Origin: Macrostomum lignano | Taxonomy: Eukaryota | Direction: 5' to 3' | NCBI GenBank assembly: GCA_002269645.1 | Contig: NIVC01001247.1 | Location: 96,928-160,927, forward strand | Length of the DNA stretch: 64,000 bases | Part shown: positions 11,212 to 23,901 of the stretch, one piece after another | Layout of the letters: every line of letters begins with the position of its first letter | Numbering within the stretch: the stretch's first letter is position 1 | Program-made: the position numbers and the translations under genes | Notes under the pieces: generated by a model | What the model was told of the DNA's origin: nothing | Database searches by the model: none | The model's input: the letters and a program-made list of their open reading frames with translations, nothing else

Positions 11212-14200
11212 TCACCGACTGCTAGAGTTCAAAGCGTGAACAGTCTCCAATTTGAATTTTTCAAATTGTTTACGCCAAAAGTGCAACTCCGTGTCGGCAA
11301 TGTACTTTGAGCACAGATCGCCAGCGCCATTGTCAAACGCCATCGTGCACCGACTGTAGTGATGCAACAGAGCAACATCTGGTTCTTTGTTTTCCGGCGT
11401 CATCTCTTCAATATTCTGCTTGCTAATATGATGAATACCCATTTCAAAGATTAAGTCTGGCTTAACCATGCATTTGGTGCGAACCCGGCTAACACCGGCT
11501 GTGCGCTTCGCGTCGAAATAGCTTTGGTCCGGCTCGAAGAATGCGCTGAAGAATCTGGGGAAGCAGCATTACGTAATGCTAATTATTATTATTAAATATG
11601 AAATTTAGTAAAACTCGGGCTACTCATTTGGGAGAATAATCCCCAAATACTCATTTAGGGAGAATAATGCCCAAATACTAATTTAGGGAGAATAATCCCC
11701 AAAAACTCACTTAGAGAGAATAATCCCCAAAAAACTCATTTAGGGAGAAATAATGCCCAAATACTAATTTAGGGAGAATAATCTTCAAATACTCATTTTG
11801 GGGAAATAATTCCCAAATACTCATTTTGGGAGAATGATCCCCAAATGCTCATTTTGAGATAATGATCCCCAAATACGTATTTTAAGAGAATAATCCCTAA
11901 ATACTTATTTTAGGAGAATGATCCTCAAATGCTCATTTTGAGAGAATAATACCCAAATACTCATTTTGGGAGAATTATTCCCAAATACTCATTTTGGGAG
12001 AATTATTCCCAAATACTCATTTAGGGAGAATGATCCCTAACTAACCTGAATCCGCAATGAGTTCCATCATCAATGTCCTTAGCCAGGTCAGTCCAAGACT
12101 TGTATTTAGCCGAATTAGGCACCAGAAGTTCATCGAAATCTTGAAACACGGCATATTTGGACAGCCCCATATTCCAGTACAGGCAGTGATGCACAGCCAG
12201 TACCTGACCGTGGTAGTGTATCTGAGATCTGAACTCGTTCACCGGCTTCCAATGGAACAGAGTTGCTAAGCCTCTGCTAGCATATGATGTCAACAATTTC
12301 AACAGAACTCCATTATTCGAATAGATTTCGTCAGTCAGATAAAATACAAAATGCTCGGCGCCTAAAGCTCGACTCATCTCAACGAAATCAAGTAGTTTCC
12401 GTTCGGACGGCGATCCGAACAGTGGCGGCACGCAGACGGTGAACTGGCGAGGCGAAATAGCGGATGCCGTTGGCAACGCATTTGTGGGGATCTCGCGGGG
12501 CACAGTGAGCACGGGTAGCTCCACGCTACTCACTGGGCGACCGTCCAAGTCGCGTATGGGCTCGGGGCCGTCCGTGATCAGCACGCTGCAGATCGGGTCG
12601 GATACCTGGCGGATTAGTGGAGCACAGGGACTCAAGCGGGGTTCGAATCAGATTCGAAATTTGGGATTCGAATACTAAATATCTAATAGAATATCTTGAG
12701 AATCGAGTTCTGAAAACTCAGATGCGATTCTTTGGGATTTCGAATCTTTAACTAAATATCGGAATGGGATTCTTTGGGATTTCGAATCTTTAACTAAATA
12801 TCGGAATGGGATTCTTTGGGATTTCGAATCTTTCATTAAATATCGGAATGGGATTCTTTGGGATTTCGAATCTTTCATTAAATATCGGAATGGAATTCTT
12901 TGGGATTTCGAATCTTTAACTAAATATCGGAATGGGATTCTTTGGGATTTCGAATCTTTAACTAAACATCGGAATGGGATTCTTTGGGATTTCGAATCTT
13001 TAACTAAACATCGGAATGGGATTCTTTGGGATTTCGAATCTTTAACTAAATATCGGAATGGGATTCTTTGGGATTTCGAATCTTTAACTAAATATCGGAA
13101 TGGGATTCTTTGGGATTTCGAATCTGGAACAGATCTGGGATATTTCGGATTTGAATGCAAAATATTGAACGATAGGATTTGTCAGGCTTTACGTCTAAAA
13201 AAACTGAATTACCATCTTAGAGATAATTTGAAGAGAAATGGAAGCTCACATTTGATGAATAAACACAACTATTTATCAGTCTAGTAACAAAGCCAATTAA
13301 ACACGTTCTCACTAATTAAATCGAATTCACTCTCACCTGCAGATGAGGCGGCAGAGCGCATGAGAACACGTAGGCCCCATAAGGCATAGCGTGATTCTCG
13401 TTCATCTCGTAAGGCGTACCGGGCACAGTGAAATGCAGACCAGGTGCTAGCGGCACGTGACAGTGCAAGTTCACTGTAGACTTAGCCGACCTGGGCAATA
13501 TCGTTAGCACGCGAATATAATGCGACAATTCTTTACGAGCATCATAATAGGCGCTCATTACACGAAGCGGCGGTTGCTGCTGCTGATTCTTTATCCCTAC
13601 GGATCCGGTCAATGGGTACGAGGTGACAACATCTGCCGGTCTAGCAGAGCTCACATTTTCGCATCGCTGTTTCAACCATTCGCGCACTAGAATATGCCTA
13701 TTAGTAGTAAAGCAGTGCATATTGTAAGATTTTTTTACATACAAAACGAATAAATTTGAAATTTGAAAACGCACTCACTACGAAAAAGACACGCACTCAT
13801 TCACACGCTCACACAGAGTGTACAGCGGCTCTGGCATTCTAATCGTCGGGCATGTACACTGTCTGTGCCTTGTGGGTTGGCCTTCATAGGTGTGAATGGT
13901 AACGACAGCCCCCGCAGGGCCAATTTTCGTGCAACAAAGGTCCCAAATGAATGTGACCGCACATATAATCAAACCATTGCTGAGATGTCAAGTCTTGCTG
14001 GGGGAATTGCTGAGATGTCAAGTTTTGGGGGGAATTGCTGAGATGGCAAGGCTTGGGGGGGAATTGCTGAGATTTCAAGGCTTACTGGGGGAATTGTAGA
14101 TGTCAAGGCTCGACTTTAATTGCTGCGATGTCAAGGCTTACTGGGGGAATTTATGCGATGTCAAGCCTACTGGGGGAATAGCTGAGATGTCAAGTCTTGC

Positions 14201-14968
14201 TGGGGGAATTGCTGAGATGTCAAGTCTTGCTGGGGGAATTGCTGAGATGTCAAGTCTTGCTGGGGGAATTGCTGAGATGGCAAGGCTTGCTGGGGGAATT
14301 GCTGAGATGGCAAGGCTTGGAGGGGAATTGCTGAGATTTCAAGGCTTACTGGGGGAATTGCTGAGATGTCAAGTTTTGGGGGGAATTGCTGAGATGGCAA
14401 GGCTTGGGGGGGAATTGCTGAGATTTCAAGGCTTACTGGGGGAATTGTAGAGATGTCAAGGCTCGACTTTAACTGCTGCGATGTCAAGGCAAGGCTTACT
14501 GGGGGAATTTATTCGATGTCAAGCTTACTGGAGGAATAGCTGAGATTTCAAGGCTTGCTGGGGGAATTGCTTAGATGGTAAGGTATGGGGGGGAATTGCT
14601 GAGATATAAAGGCTAAGGTCAGGTAAGGCCCAAGTCTTTGTTTTCCCCCAATGGTGGCATAGATTAGATAGCTAGTCCTATATGCTAAAAATGGTTTGTC
14701 TTTATCTATCTAGGTATGCAATTGATTTGAGAAAATAAATGGCTCAACCATATGTAATTAAACATACATATAAACTATCACATTATAGCCATCAAATCTT
14801 AACAAACCTGTGCCTTGGTTTGTGATGATCCTTACTATCAGCTTTATTAGAATCAATTAGTAGACTATCAAAATTTGGCAGGTACATCAGGCACATAAAA
14901 GCCAATATAAAATAAATGACTGCAACTGCAATAAGACTATTTCTCCAGGTCATGCAGCAGCGAGTCAT
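11212..14968 (-). CDS. Glycosyltransferase family 92 (DUF23, galt-1-like), type II membrane protein, 474 aa
   Basis: Exons complement(14808..14968, 13337..13697, 12046..12605, 11212..11554) total 1425 nt, and all GT-AG junctions are in phase. N-terminal TM SLIAVAVIYFILAFMCLMYL. GT92 motifs: MSAYYD, FTVCVPPLF, VEMSRALGAEHFVFY, HYHGQVLAVHHCLY, FQDFDELLVP (DxD), RTKCMVKP, MGIHH, LHHYS. Confidence 0.93.
11620..12040. repeat. Minisatellite, 28-bp unit (tactcattttgggagaataatcccaaa-like), GT92 intron 3
   Basis: Period 28; ends ~5 nt from the donor at 12045. Confidence 0.93.
12645..13150. repeat. Minisatellite, 42-bp unit (ttctttgggatttcgaatctttaactaaatatcggaatggga), GT92 intron 2
   Basis: Period 42 (12728 and 12770). 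Confidence 0.95.
13975..14615. repeat. Minisatellite, ~30-bp unit (gctgagatgtcaagtcttgctgggggaatt), GT92 intron 1
   Basis: Period 30 (14181 and 14211). Confidence 0.93.
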
Positions 14969-16326
14969 TTGTTTTGCAGCAAGAAAAAAAATATTTATGT
15001 CTTTTATTTTAAGCATACAACAAGTTATTAAAACTTTAAAGGTAAAAAATCAATATAAGTATATAAGTATGCAAGATAATCAATTAGATTGTAAGCTAAT
15101 ATTCAGTTTTCAAGCAAATAAAAAACTTTGAATTTATTCTAAGTATGCAGTAGCAACTTTAAATAAAATTCATTAAATAATTAAAATAAACTATTTAACT
15201 ATTTAACTGTTTAACTGTTCAACAAACAATTAACTGTTAAATTATTATATTTCAAGATTTTTTTATTATGTACACAATAAGAATCTATTAATTTTATAAA
15301 AATCTAAAAATCTAAAATATTTCTCTGTGCATGAAGTTTAGGAAATCTTAAGTTTTAATTATATGTAGAATAAAGACTATACATATATAAAAAAAGTTAA
15401 ATTAACAATCAAAATAAAGCAAAAAATAGTTGAATTTAATTTTATACTATTATAAAAGATATATTATTTATCTATCAGTCTATAAATGAAAGGTTAATGC
15501 AAATTTTGCTTTTTTATTTATAAGAAGCCTCAGCTTAATTAATATATAACAAACTGAGTATATTAAAATAATATAATGAGTCTAGTTGACAATATATAAA
15601 GTCATAATAAAATTGCAATCTAGCATCTAGGCCTACTTTGTAATATGTTTTTGGTATCAAATCTTTATAACTATAAATCCTTTTGAAAGTTATTAGAAAT
15701 TGATTAATAATAATAATTCTAAACTTTATGGAACATACATTTTTCTATAATTGTTTTCAAATGATATTTTTGCAGATAACCAACTAGTAATTCATTAAAA
15801 ATACTTGGTGTTAGTGCACTAGTTGCAGAACTTTAGCTTATGCATTTATAAGAAATAAAAACATAACTGACTTACATGTAATATACTTATGGTATTGCTA
15901 AAAGAATTAAAATATACAGCTTAGAAAAAACAGCAAAACTGGCATATGCTAGAGGTTAATTTTCCTTTCTTAAGAAAGAAGCATTAGTAACTACTAACTT
16001 GATGTCTATTTTTCTTTTTTTTTAATTCTGTTGTCATTTTTCAACTGCAAATTTTCAACTTAAATGGCTTTAATTTATACTGTAGTAAAATTTATTTCCA
16101 TGAATAGTTTTTTTGCTTTTTATCTTTTTTGCTATGCCTACGCTATGCGGCAATGCCTTGGCTATACCACGAATAAAAGCCAATAATTATTTATGCATCC
16201 AATGAATATTAGAATTGCATACTAATATATTGATATATTGCCATATTGAATCAAGAGATTAGCCAATGTCTGAAGCCACCAGTGCTGACTGTTGCTGTAA
16301 GAAGTACTGCCTTCAGCTGGCTTAAC

Positions 16327-16515
16327 CAGTGGCGCAACCAGGAAGGGGGGCGGGGGGGCGGTCGCCCCCCCCCCTTAGGCGGAGACCCAAAAAAAATCGA
16401 AGGGGGACCAAGCGAATTTTCGCCAAAACAGAGCCACCCCTCTGCCCCCCCCCCTTCCGGGACTTTACCTTCCAGAATCCGCTCCCCCCTCAAAAAATTT
16501 CTGGTTGCGCTACTG
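16327..16515. mobile_element. hAT-type MITE, 189 bp, with a perfect 8-bp TSD
   Basis: TIRs cagtggcgcaaccag / ctggttgcgctactg. ggcttaac is duplicated at 16319-16326 and 16516-16523. The element is GC-rich within AT-rich DNA. Confidence 0.88.
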
Positions 16516-17658
16516 GGCTTAACATTAACATTGCGCGCGCGATATTTTAAAGTTTGCAGCGATGTTTAAAAAATTTAAAACCGCGTGTTTTCGTCGAAGC
16601 AAGTTATTTTAAAAAGGCTATCACAAAAGGATATATATTATTTTGAGCTTCCTACATGATTTTTGTATTTTTATATTTATTTGTTAGTATATTTTAGAGG
16701 CTCTATATTAGTATTTGTTGTACCGTGCTACTGGAGAAGCGAGCATATATTCAACATTGTAAAAGGAATTCTTTTTTCAAAAAACTTTGTTTAATATTGC
16801 TTTTGTGAATCACCAACCACGCACAGCTAGGTGACAGGCCGCAGGGCGCAGGCGAAAAGCTGTTAAGATGATCGTGGTAGGGGCCTAACCACATGCTAGA
16901 AAGTAGATTATTCGCCCAGTATATCTCAAAACTAAAGAAACTTGAGTGCCAGTAATCATTCTTGAGAATCATAAGAATTTCTGAAGTTATAGTGCTGATT
17001 TTTTCGAATTTTAAGAAATCATGAAAACTATGTTCGAACAGTAATTGAATAATTCCGTTTTCTAATAAAAATTCTTCCAAAAATTTTGAATTTAATAATG
17101 ATTTCTAAAATTCGTTTAGGCCTCGTTTGTAATTCATTAGTCTCAATCTCAAATGGTGTTATCTTGTGCTACGTATAGTTATACAAATGCTAAAACATTA
17201 TCGTCACGTCTTTAATAGAGCAGAACTTTATTCAGTTAAAAAGAGAAACACTGGTAGTGAGTTTAATATCTGTAGCACACACTATAGTTAACCTATTAGC
17301 AATTATTGTGAAAATACAATAGTATATAGTTATTTATTTGCAGTTTAAAGTAGAGCACATATCAGCATAAAGTTAGCCATGCTCAGGTTAATGTTTTACT
17401 ATTTATTTTCGATTGGGTACCATATATCTAGGTTACTATTTTTATACTTTTTGCATTCAAACTTTGAATTTCTATATTTTGTTTAACATCAGTTCATTAA
17501 TATTATTATTAGTTTGAATTATAGATATAATTGCTCCTACATGTAATTAGAAGCAACAGGCAATCCTTTGAATAGAGTGCTTTTTCATCTTTACGTTGGA
17601 AATCAACAGACTTGCTCAACTAAGTAAAAAAACTACAAGTAAAATATTTGACTATAAG

Positions 17659-20600
17659 CCCGCAGAAAAGGAGCCTCCACCAGAATTTGCGGAGTTGCCC
17701 TCATCAGAGGTGGTCAGTGGCGGCGACAGTGGCGGCGACAGTGGCGGCATTGCTTCGTCAGCCTCAGATGAGCTGAGCCGTCTGCGGCAGCAGGTGCTGC
17801 GTCACCGGTTTAATCCGGCCCAGCTGCGCAAGTACAAGCGCACCGACTTTCGCCGACAGGTGAATCAATTAACTGTTGCTTAATGTGTGACAGAAGCCAA
17901 TTAAGGTTGTGACAGGGTGCCACTTTATGTGAGTCGGTGGTGCCACTTGATGTGAGTCAGGGTGCCACTTTGTGTGAGTCGGTGGTGCCACTTGATGTGA
18001 GTCAGGGTGCCACTTTGTGTGAGTCGGTGGTGCCACTTGATGTGAGTCGGGGGTGGCCACTTTTGTGTGAGTCGGTGGTGCCACTTGATGAGAGTCGGGG
18101 GTGGCCACTTTTGTGTGAGTCGGTGGTGCCACTTAATGTGAGTCGGGGTTGCCACTCTATGAAGTCAGATGTGACATTTTATGTGAGTCAGGGGTGCCAG
18201 TTTGTGTTAAGTCAGGGGTACCATTTTATGACAGGGTTGCCAGTTTTGATGTGTCAGGGGTGCCACTTCATGAGTGCACCAAAGTCGCCTAGACACACGC
18301 GAAACAAATAAATAATTATCTTTATTGACCTTTAAAAGTACATTCCAAGAGTTAAACCAAAACCCTCAGGTGCTGCTTGACCGGCTAGCGGAAGCAAAAC
18401 GCTATTCGCGCCTCACCCGGGCTCGAATCGCGGTGCCGTTTGGCGTTCAACCCCGTGACGCTCCTGTACGTGTCGACACAACGATGTCGCACACCAACTT
18501 GGACGTAGTTCGTTTAGCAATTAAACAACTGGGCTGGCGCGAGTGCCCCTCAGGCGGCGGAGATCCCTGCGAGATCTGCTGGAACGGACTGAGCTACGCC
18601 GAGAATCCAGGCGGCGAAGATTCTTGCGTTAATCGATTTCCTGGGATTGGCGACCTACTGCACAAGGTGAACCTCAGCCGCGCCTTGGAGACCATGAGGC
18701 GGCTGTTTCCGGAGGAGTTTGGCTTCTATCCGGACACCTGGTTCCTGCCCCACCAGCTGGCCGAATTCACTCAGTACTCTGAGGCTGCTGCTGCTGAGGC
18801 TGCTAGTAAGGAGGCCTGTTTTAGTGATGGATCCAACCTGCTTGTTAGACAGGAGTGTCCCATGCTAGTTAGACAGGATTGCCCCATGCTAGTTAGACAG
18901 GAATGCCACCTGTTAGTTAGACAGAAGTGTCAGCTATTAGTTAGACAGCTTACGTAAAGCTCATTTCTAAGAAAATCGAATGCAGCGTCCTACTTAAAAT
19001 TTCCATGTGTAAACCCCGTGTGATCGCGTGCCAGCGTGCGTATCTGTGTGCGTGCTCAGAGGACAGTGATTAAAAAGCCCTACAAAATTAGCGAATCAAA
19101 TATCACAGTGCACCCATGAACACCACCATGGTACAGAGTCCGGACAGCCAGCTCCGTGCTACATCGTGAAACCGGACGCCGGTGCCCAGGGCGGTGGCAT
19201 CTACCTGATCCGGTCAGCAGCAGACTATTCGCGGCAGCAGTCAGGCCGACCGTTAAGCCACATCGTGCAAACCTACTTGGACTCACCGTTGCTTCTCGAC
19301 GGTTATAAATTCGATTTGCGTCTGTACGTCCTGTTGCTGGAAGCCGACCCGAATCCCAGGGTGTTCATCTGTCGGGACGGCCTGGCCCGGTTCTGCACCC
19401 AGCAGTACGCGGCGCCGAACGCTGACAATCTGGGCGCCAATCTCATGCACCTGACTAATTATTCGATTAATAAACGCTCGAGAGCGTTTCTACACGGCAA
19501 TGCCGAGACTGGCAGTAAGAGAACTTTTAGTAGCGTCCTGCGACAGCTGGCCGCTAGCATGGGTGACAGCTGCGATGTGCTGGCTCTGAAGCGTTCTATC
19601 GAACGACTCTGCGTTAAGACCACATTGGCTGTCCTACCCGAACTGCTGGTCAATATGAGACAGCGTGGAGCCACTGTAGGACAATCGCCAAGATGTTTTC
19701 AGGTAAGCCTCATTGGAACATTGCTCTGAACTGAACTTCTCAACCTGGAGTAGGGGTGTCGCCATAGAATTTATTAAACCAAGAATTCAACATGTACATG
19801 TAATTCCTGCATTTCCATTATTTTGATAATTGTGTTGTCAGCGCTCATTTCGGCGCCGCAGGCACTCAGTTTGGAGCCGCAGGCACTCAGTTTGGAGCCG
19901 AAGGCACTCATTTTGGAGCCGCAGGCACTCAGTTTGGCGCCGAAGGCGCTATATTTTAGCGCCATGAAGAAAAAATATTGATTATCACAACGAGTCACAA
20001 GGTGGGGTGGGGGGACAAAGCATTGGCATGTCCACCCCATAGCTTTTACTGGAGGGGACATGTCCCCCCTGTCCCTGCCCCCCCCCCGGTGGCGACGCGC
20101 CTGAACTGGAGCACATCGCTTTGATCTCACCATCTGTAAGTAACTTTAACCCGGCTCTTATCTAATAATCAATCTTTAACCCGGCAGATCCTCGGATTTG
20201 ACGTTCTCATCCTATCGGACCTGACTCCAGTACTACTGGAAGTGAACAGCTGTCCCAGTCTGAGACTAGACTACGAAGTTGAACTCATTCCTGGAGTGAG
20301 CGAATACTTCATCAGCCCGGTGGACGTGCAGGTGAAACAGGCATTAGTGAGAGATTCTCTAGCGACAGTTGAGCGATGGATGCTGCAGAGGACCGACCAA
20401 AAGGCGACTAAGTGAGTCTACTAATGATGATTTTTTCGGTACATATTGTAGCGCAAAAATTCACGAACCATATCGATTTACATGCAGACCTGCCGCTCAT
20501 TCGTCTCGGTCTGAAGAGAAGATCCGCCAGAATCAGACAGCGCCGTCCAACGATTTGGAATTGGATGAAACAGAAAATATGGAGACCGATGCAGATCCGG

Positions 20601-22158
20601 GAGCAGACACGAATAATGAGAATGACTTGGAGCAGGACATGGAGACTGAACAGGTCAGAGCATCAAATGTCTTGGTAATCGTTTGTCTTGACTCTGCCTC
20701 TCCGCTCCCTCACTCAGCACTTGACTCTGCCTCTCCGCTCCCTCACTCAGTACTCGACTCTGCCTCTCCGCTCCCTCACTCAGTACTCGCGACTCTGCCT
20801 CTCCGCTCCCTCACTCAGTACTCGACTCTGCCTCTCCGCTCCCTCTCTCAGTACTCGACTCTGCCTCTCCGCTCCCTCACTCAGCACTTGACTCTGCCTC
20901 TCCGTTCCCTCACTCAGTACTCGACTCTGGCTCTCCGCTCCCTCTCTCAGTACTCGGCTCTTCCAAAACCGCAATCAACTAAATCCCATGCAGTCGGATC
21001 AGGGTCCCATCGTCGAGTCGGAGCCAGCAGACTCCGCATGCACCATCGGTTGTATGACGGAGATTTTTCCCGGTTCAGGTCGACACTCCGACCTTCAGCG
21101 ACTCCGCGTGCTGGAGGGCCTCGCCGATCTGTTCCTGACTGCCTGCGGCGGCCGTAGGGGCTGCGTCAAGCTGGGTGCCACGGCGTTCCGCGGCCTGGCA
21201 AGAAAGTGCTCACTCCAACGGGTGTGCGGACTCAGCATGCCCGATGCGAATATTCTCTATATTGACTTGCAGAGGCGCTGGGAGTACCTGAGCTCGGATC
21301 CGACTGGAGGTGGAGGTTAGCTAATTCTGTTTATCCGCTTCCTAACACCATCCGCTCTCTCTGACATCATCCGCTTCCTAACACAATCCGCTGTCTCTGA
21401 CATCATCCGCTCTCCATAGCATCATCCACTCTCTCTGACATCATCCGCTTCCTAACACAATCCGCTCTCTCTAACATCATCCGCTCTCCATAACATCATC
21501 CACTCTTTGACATCATCCGCTTCCTAACACCATCCGCTCTCTCTGATATCATCCGCTTCCTAACACAATCCGCTGTCTCTGACATCATCCGCTCTCCATA
21601 ACATCATCCACTCTCTCTGACATCATCCGCTTCCTAACATCATCTGCTCTATCTGACGTCATTGCTTTCTAAAACCATCCACTCTCTCTGACATCATCCG
21701 CTCTCTCTCTCTCTTTCTGACATCCGCTCCCTAAAATATCATCCGCTCTTCATAACGTCATCCTCTCCCCAGCATCATCATATCCGCTCCCGTAACCCTA
21801 TTGAATTTTGACAAAAAATATTGTTCCAACGCTTCCCACCATTACAGGCATCTGCTTCCAAGCATTCGCTGAAGGCTTCTTTAAAATGGCGGAGAACTTT
21901 CGCATGGGCGGAGGCCAAAGTCGCCGAGACAGCGCCAGCATGTTAGACAAAGTGAGCAGTCTGCTCAATCACTGCTGCGATTGCATGGGCCTCGGGGAGA
22001 AGCAGCCGCACCAGTCTCTTCAGCAGAAGCAGAAAATTAATCACCAGCAGCAATTGCCAACTTTGGTGCCAAAGTCAGATACAAATCGTAAAAGAAAAGT
22101 TGGAAAATTGGCTGCCGAGATCAGAGAAGAAGTGCTCATTCTGCCAGAAATTGTTTGA
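17659..22158 (+). CDS. TTLL11: Tubulin polyglutamylase TTLL11-like
   Basis: Exons ~17659..17859, 18370..18805, 19137..19702, 20188..20411, 20488..20653, 20994..21315, 21848..22158, with consistent phases. Motifs: VRVDTTMSHTNLDVVRLAIKQLGWRE, VNRFPG, FPEEFGFYPDTWFLP, YIVKPDAGAQGGGIYLI, KFDLRLY, HLTNYS, GSKRTFSSVL, CFQILGFDVL, LLEVN, KLGATAFR, ILYIDLQRRW, GICFQAFAEGFF. The last five resemble TTLL11 specifically. No in-frame ATG in the first visible exon. Confidence 0.92.
17905..18270. repeat. Minisatellite, ~22/23-bp alternating units (gtgagtcagggtgccacttt / gtgagtcggtggtgccacttga), TTLL11 intron
   Basis: Direct tandem copies. Confidence 0.9.
18835..18950. repeat. Short tandem repeat (gttagacaggagtgtcccatgcta-like) just after the donor at 18806
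   Basis: gttagacag occurs five times at ~24-bp spacing. Confidence 0.8.
19751..20103. mobile_element. hAT-type MITE, 353 bp, in a TTLL11 intron
   Basis: Imperfect TIRs taggggtgtcgcca / tggcgacgcgcctg. Near-perfect 8-bp TSD acctggag (19743-19750) / aactggag (20104-20111). Internal 21-bp repeat ggcactcagtttggagccgca. A homolog lies at ~62401-62658. Confidence 0.8.
20688..20960. repeat. Minisatellite, 33-bp unit (ctcgactctgcctctccgctccctcactcagta), TTLL11 intron
   Basis: Period 33 (20701 and 20734). Confidence 0.93.
21335..21790. repeat. Minisatellite, ~19-bp unit (catcatccgctctctctga), last TTLL11 intron
   Basis: catccgct recurs throughout. Confidence 0.9.
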
Positions 22159-23901
22159 AAGCTAAAATATTACTTAATAAGTTTAATTAACTATATCGAC
22201 AGCAAATCAAAATCGATTCGCTGTCGATATTTCGTTATCGAAAGCAGCTAACTTTTTGCCCTAGTCCGACTTAAAACGGTAGGATTTTTTAAAATCTTAT
22301 AAAATGCAAATTACTCTACTGATACTACTTGCAAGAAAGAAACCAGTAGTGTGTGCAAGTAACATACACTTTGTTTAAAATTTAACTTGCCTCCAAAGGA
22401 AAAAGGTTTCGTTTTAATGCTCAAATTCTTAGAATTGCGTGTGCTCTAACCTTTTATTAGAGCACGATTAAAGCTTCAATTTTTTTTAATTTTTTAAAAT
22501 TAAAAAAAATTGATTTAATTTTGAGTTTATTAAACTCCTGTTTTTTTCAAGTTTTAAATTATTAATATATTCAAGACATTATTATGATTAGCTATTATGA
22601 ATTATTATTCATTAGCTGTAAATCAAGTGTTATCAAATGACTTACAGCTAACATTACAAACAAAAGAACAAAGTTACAACAATTAAAATTAAGGTGTGCA
22701 CCAACTATTTAGAAGTGTGAGTATCTAATTTCTTTAATCTCTGGTTGAATACATTCTCAGGTTGTTTTCCAACCAAGCAAATGTGCCTATAAATAACTGT
22801 CACAATTTGATCCTGTATTGTGTGAAAGCTGTCTACCCATTTTTACTGCAGTTGTATTTTTGTGTGATTAGAAATATAACTGCAAAAATATTTTTTAATT
22901 TTTTGTTAATTTTTTTATAACTTTACTCCATTTTTCGACGTGCCCTGTCACTTTGCCGTGTTAAAAAGTTTATAAATAAACAAAATAGTTGTCTATTTTT
23001 CAATGTTTACTGCACTTGAATACACATTTGTTCTCTTTTGACATTCGTTATACTTACTGGGTATACAGTATTCAAAGTTTCAATATTAGCTATGTACAGT
23101 TCGGGTATAAAGCATGTAAATTTTACGACAAAAATATCAGTAGTATCGATCCTATTCAACTAAATTGAACTAAAATATCATGAAAAATTAAACAATATTA
23201 TTATTATATTATATTGTATATTGTTGAATATATGTTAATACTTTTACACGTGCAACACGAAGCAATAAAAAACTTTGAAACCGAGGTCAGCCCACTCTCG
23301 ACAATCATCAGTTCCGGTGAAAATGTTATAAAGTTATAAGTTTGAAACTTGATAAAACTTGATATCGCCATCCGATTAAAGAGAATTTTGCAGATGTAAG
23401 GAAACTCGGGTCACTCGACGGAAATCGTAAGTTTCCCAAAGGTTCCAAAAATTTTAAATAACCGCCAAAACCGCCGATTTGTTATACCGGAACATGTCAA
23501 TTCTGATTGGCTCGGGGCTATTTTTGTTAAAAGGCCCGATCGCGAACTTTCTGATTGGCTGAGACTGTTGATACCGCAACCATGAAAGCAATTGTCATGC
23601 CGCAGTCCTGCATACACTTACTAAATGTACTCTGCGCCCCCGACTTTCCTCCCCCTTTTATGACTTTATGCCAACGTGGCCGCACATGAGTTGGTGTTGG
23701 TGAGTCATGAAGGCCCATATATGAATAGGCGCTCTCGCCCTACTTGGAGGGCCAAGCGTTTTCGCATGCAAAAAAACACTGACTCCAGAATCATTATAAT
23801 CATGTTCCTAGGAATAAAGAATTCAATGTCTTGACATCATTATGATTTATATCAGTTTCAAACAAATGCCAAGGTTTTGTATTCGATAAAAGTTTATGCA
23901 T

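Noticed and set aside
12675-13160. 161-aa KDSKSQRIPFRYLV ORF (and 14100-14487 ORFs)
   Set aside because: 42-bp and 30-bp minisatellites inside GT92 introns.
13778-13972. 64-aa minus-strand ORF as an extra GT92 exon
   Set aside because: Exon 1 splices in phase directly to 13697, and I recognised no GT92 motif here.
20369-21157. 262-aa ORF as a single coding unit
   Set aside because: Only 20488-20653 is exon in this frame. The rest is intron, the 33-bp repeat, and an out-of-frame read of the next exon.
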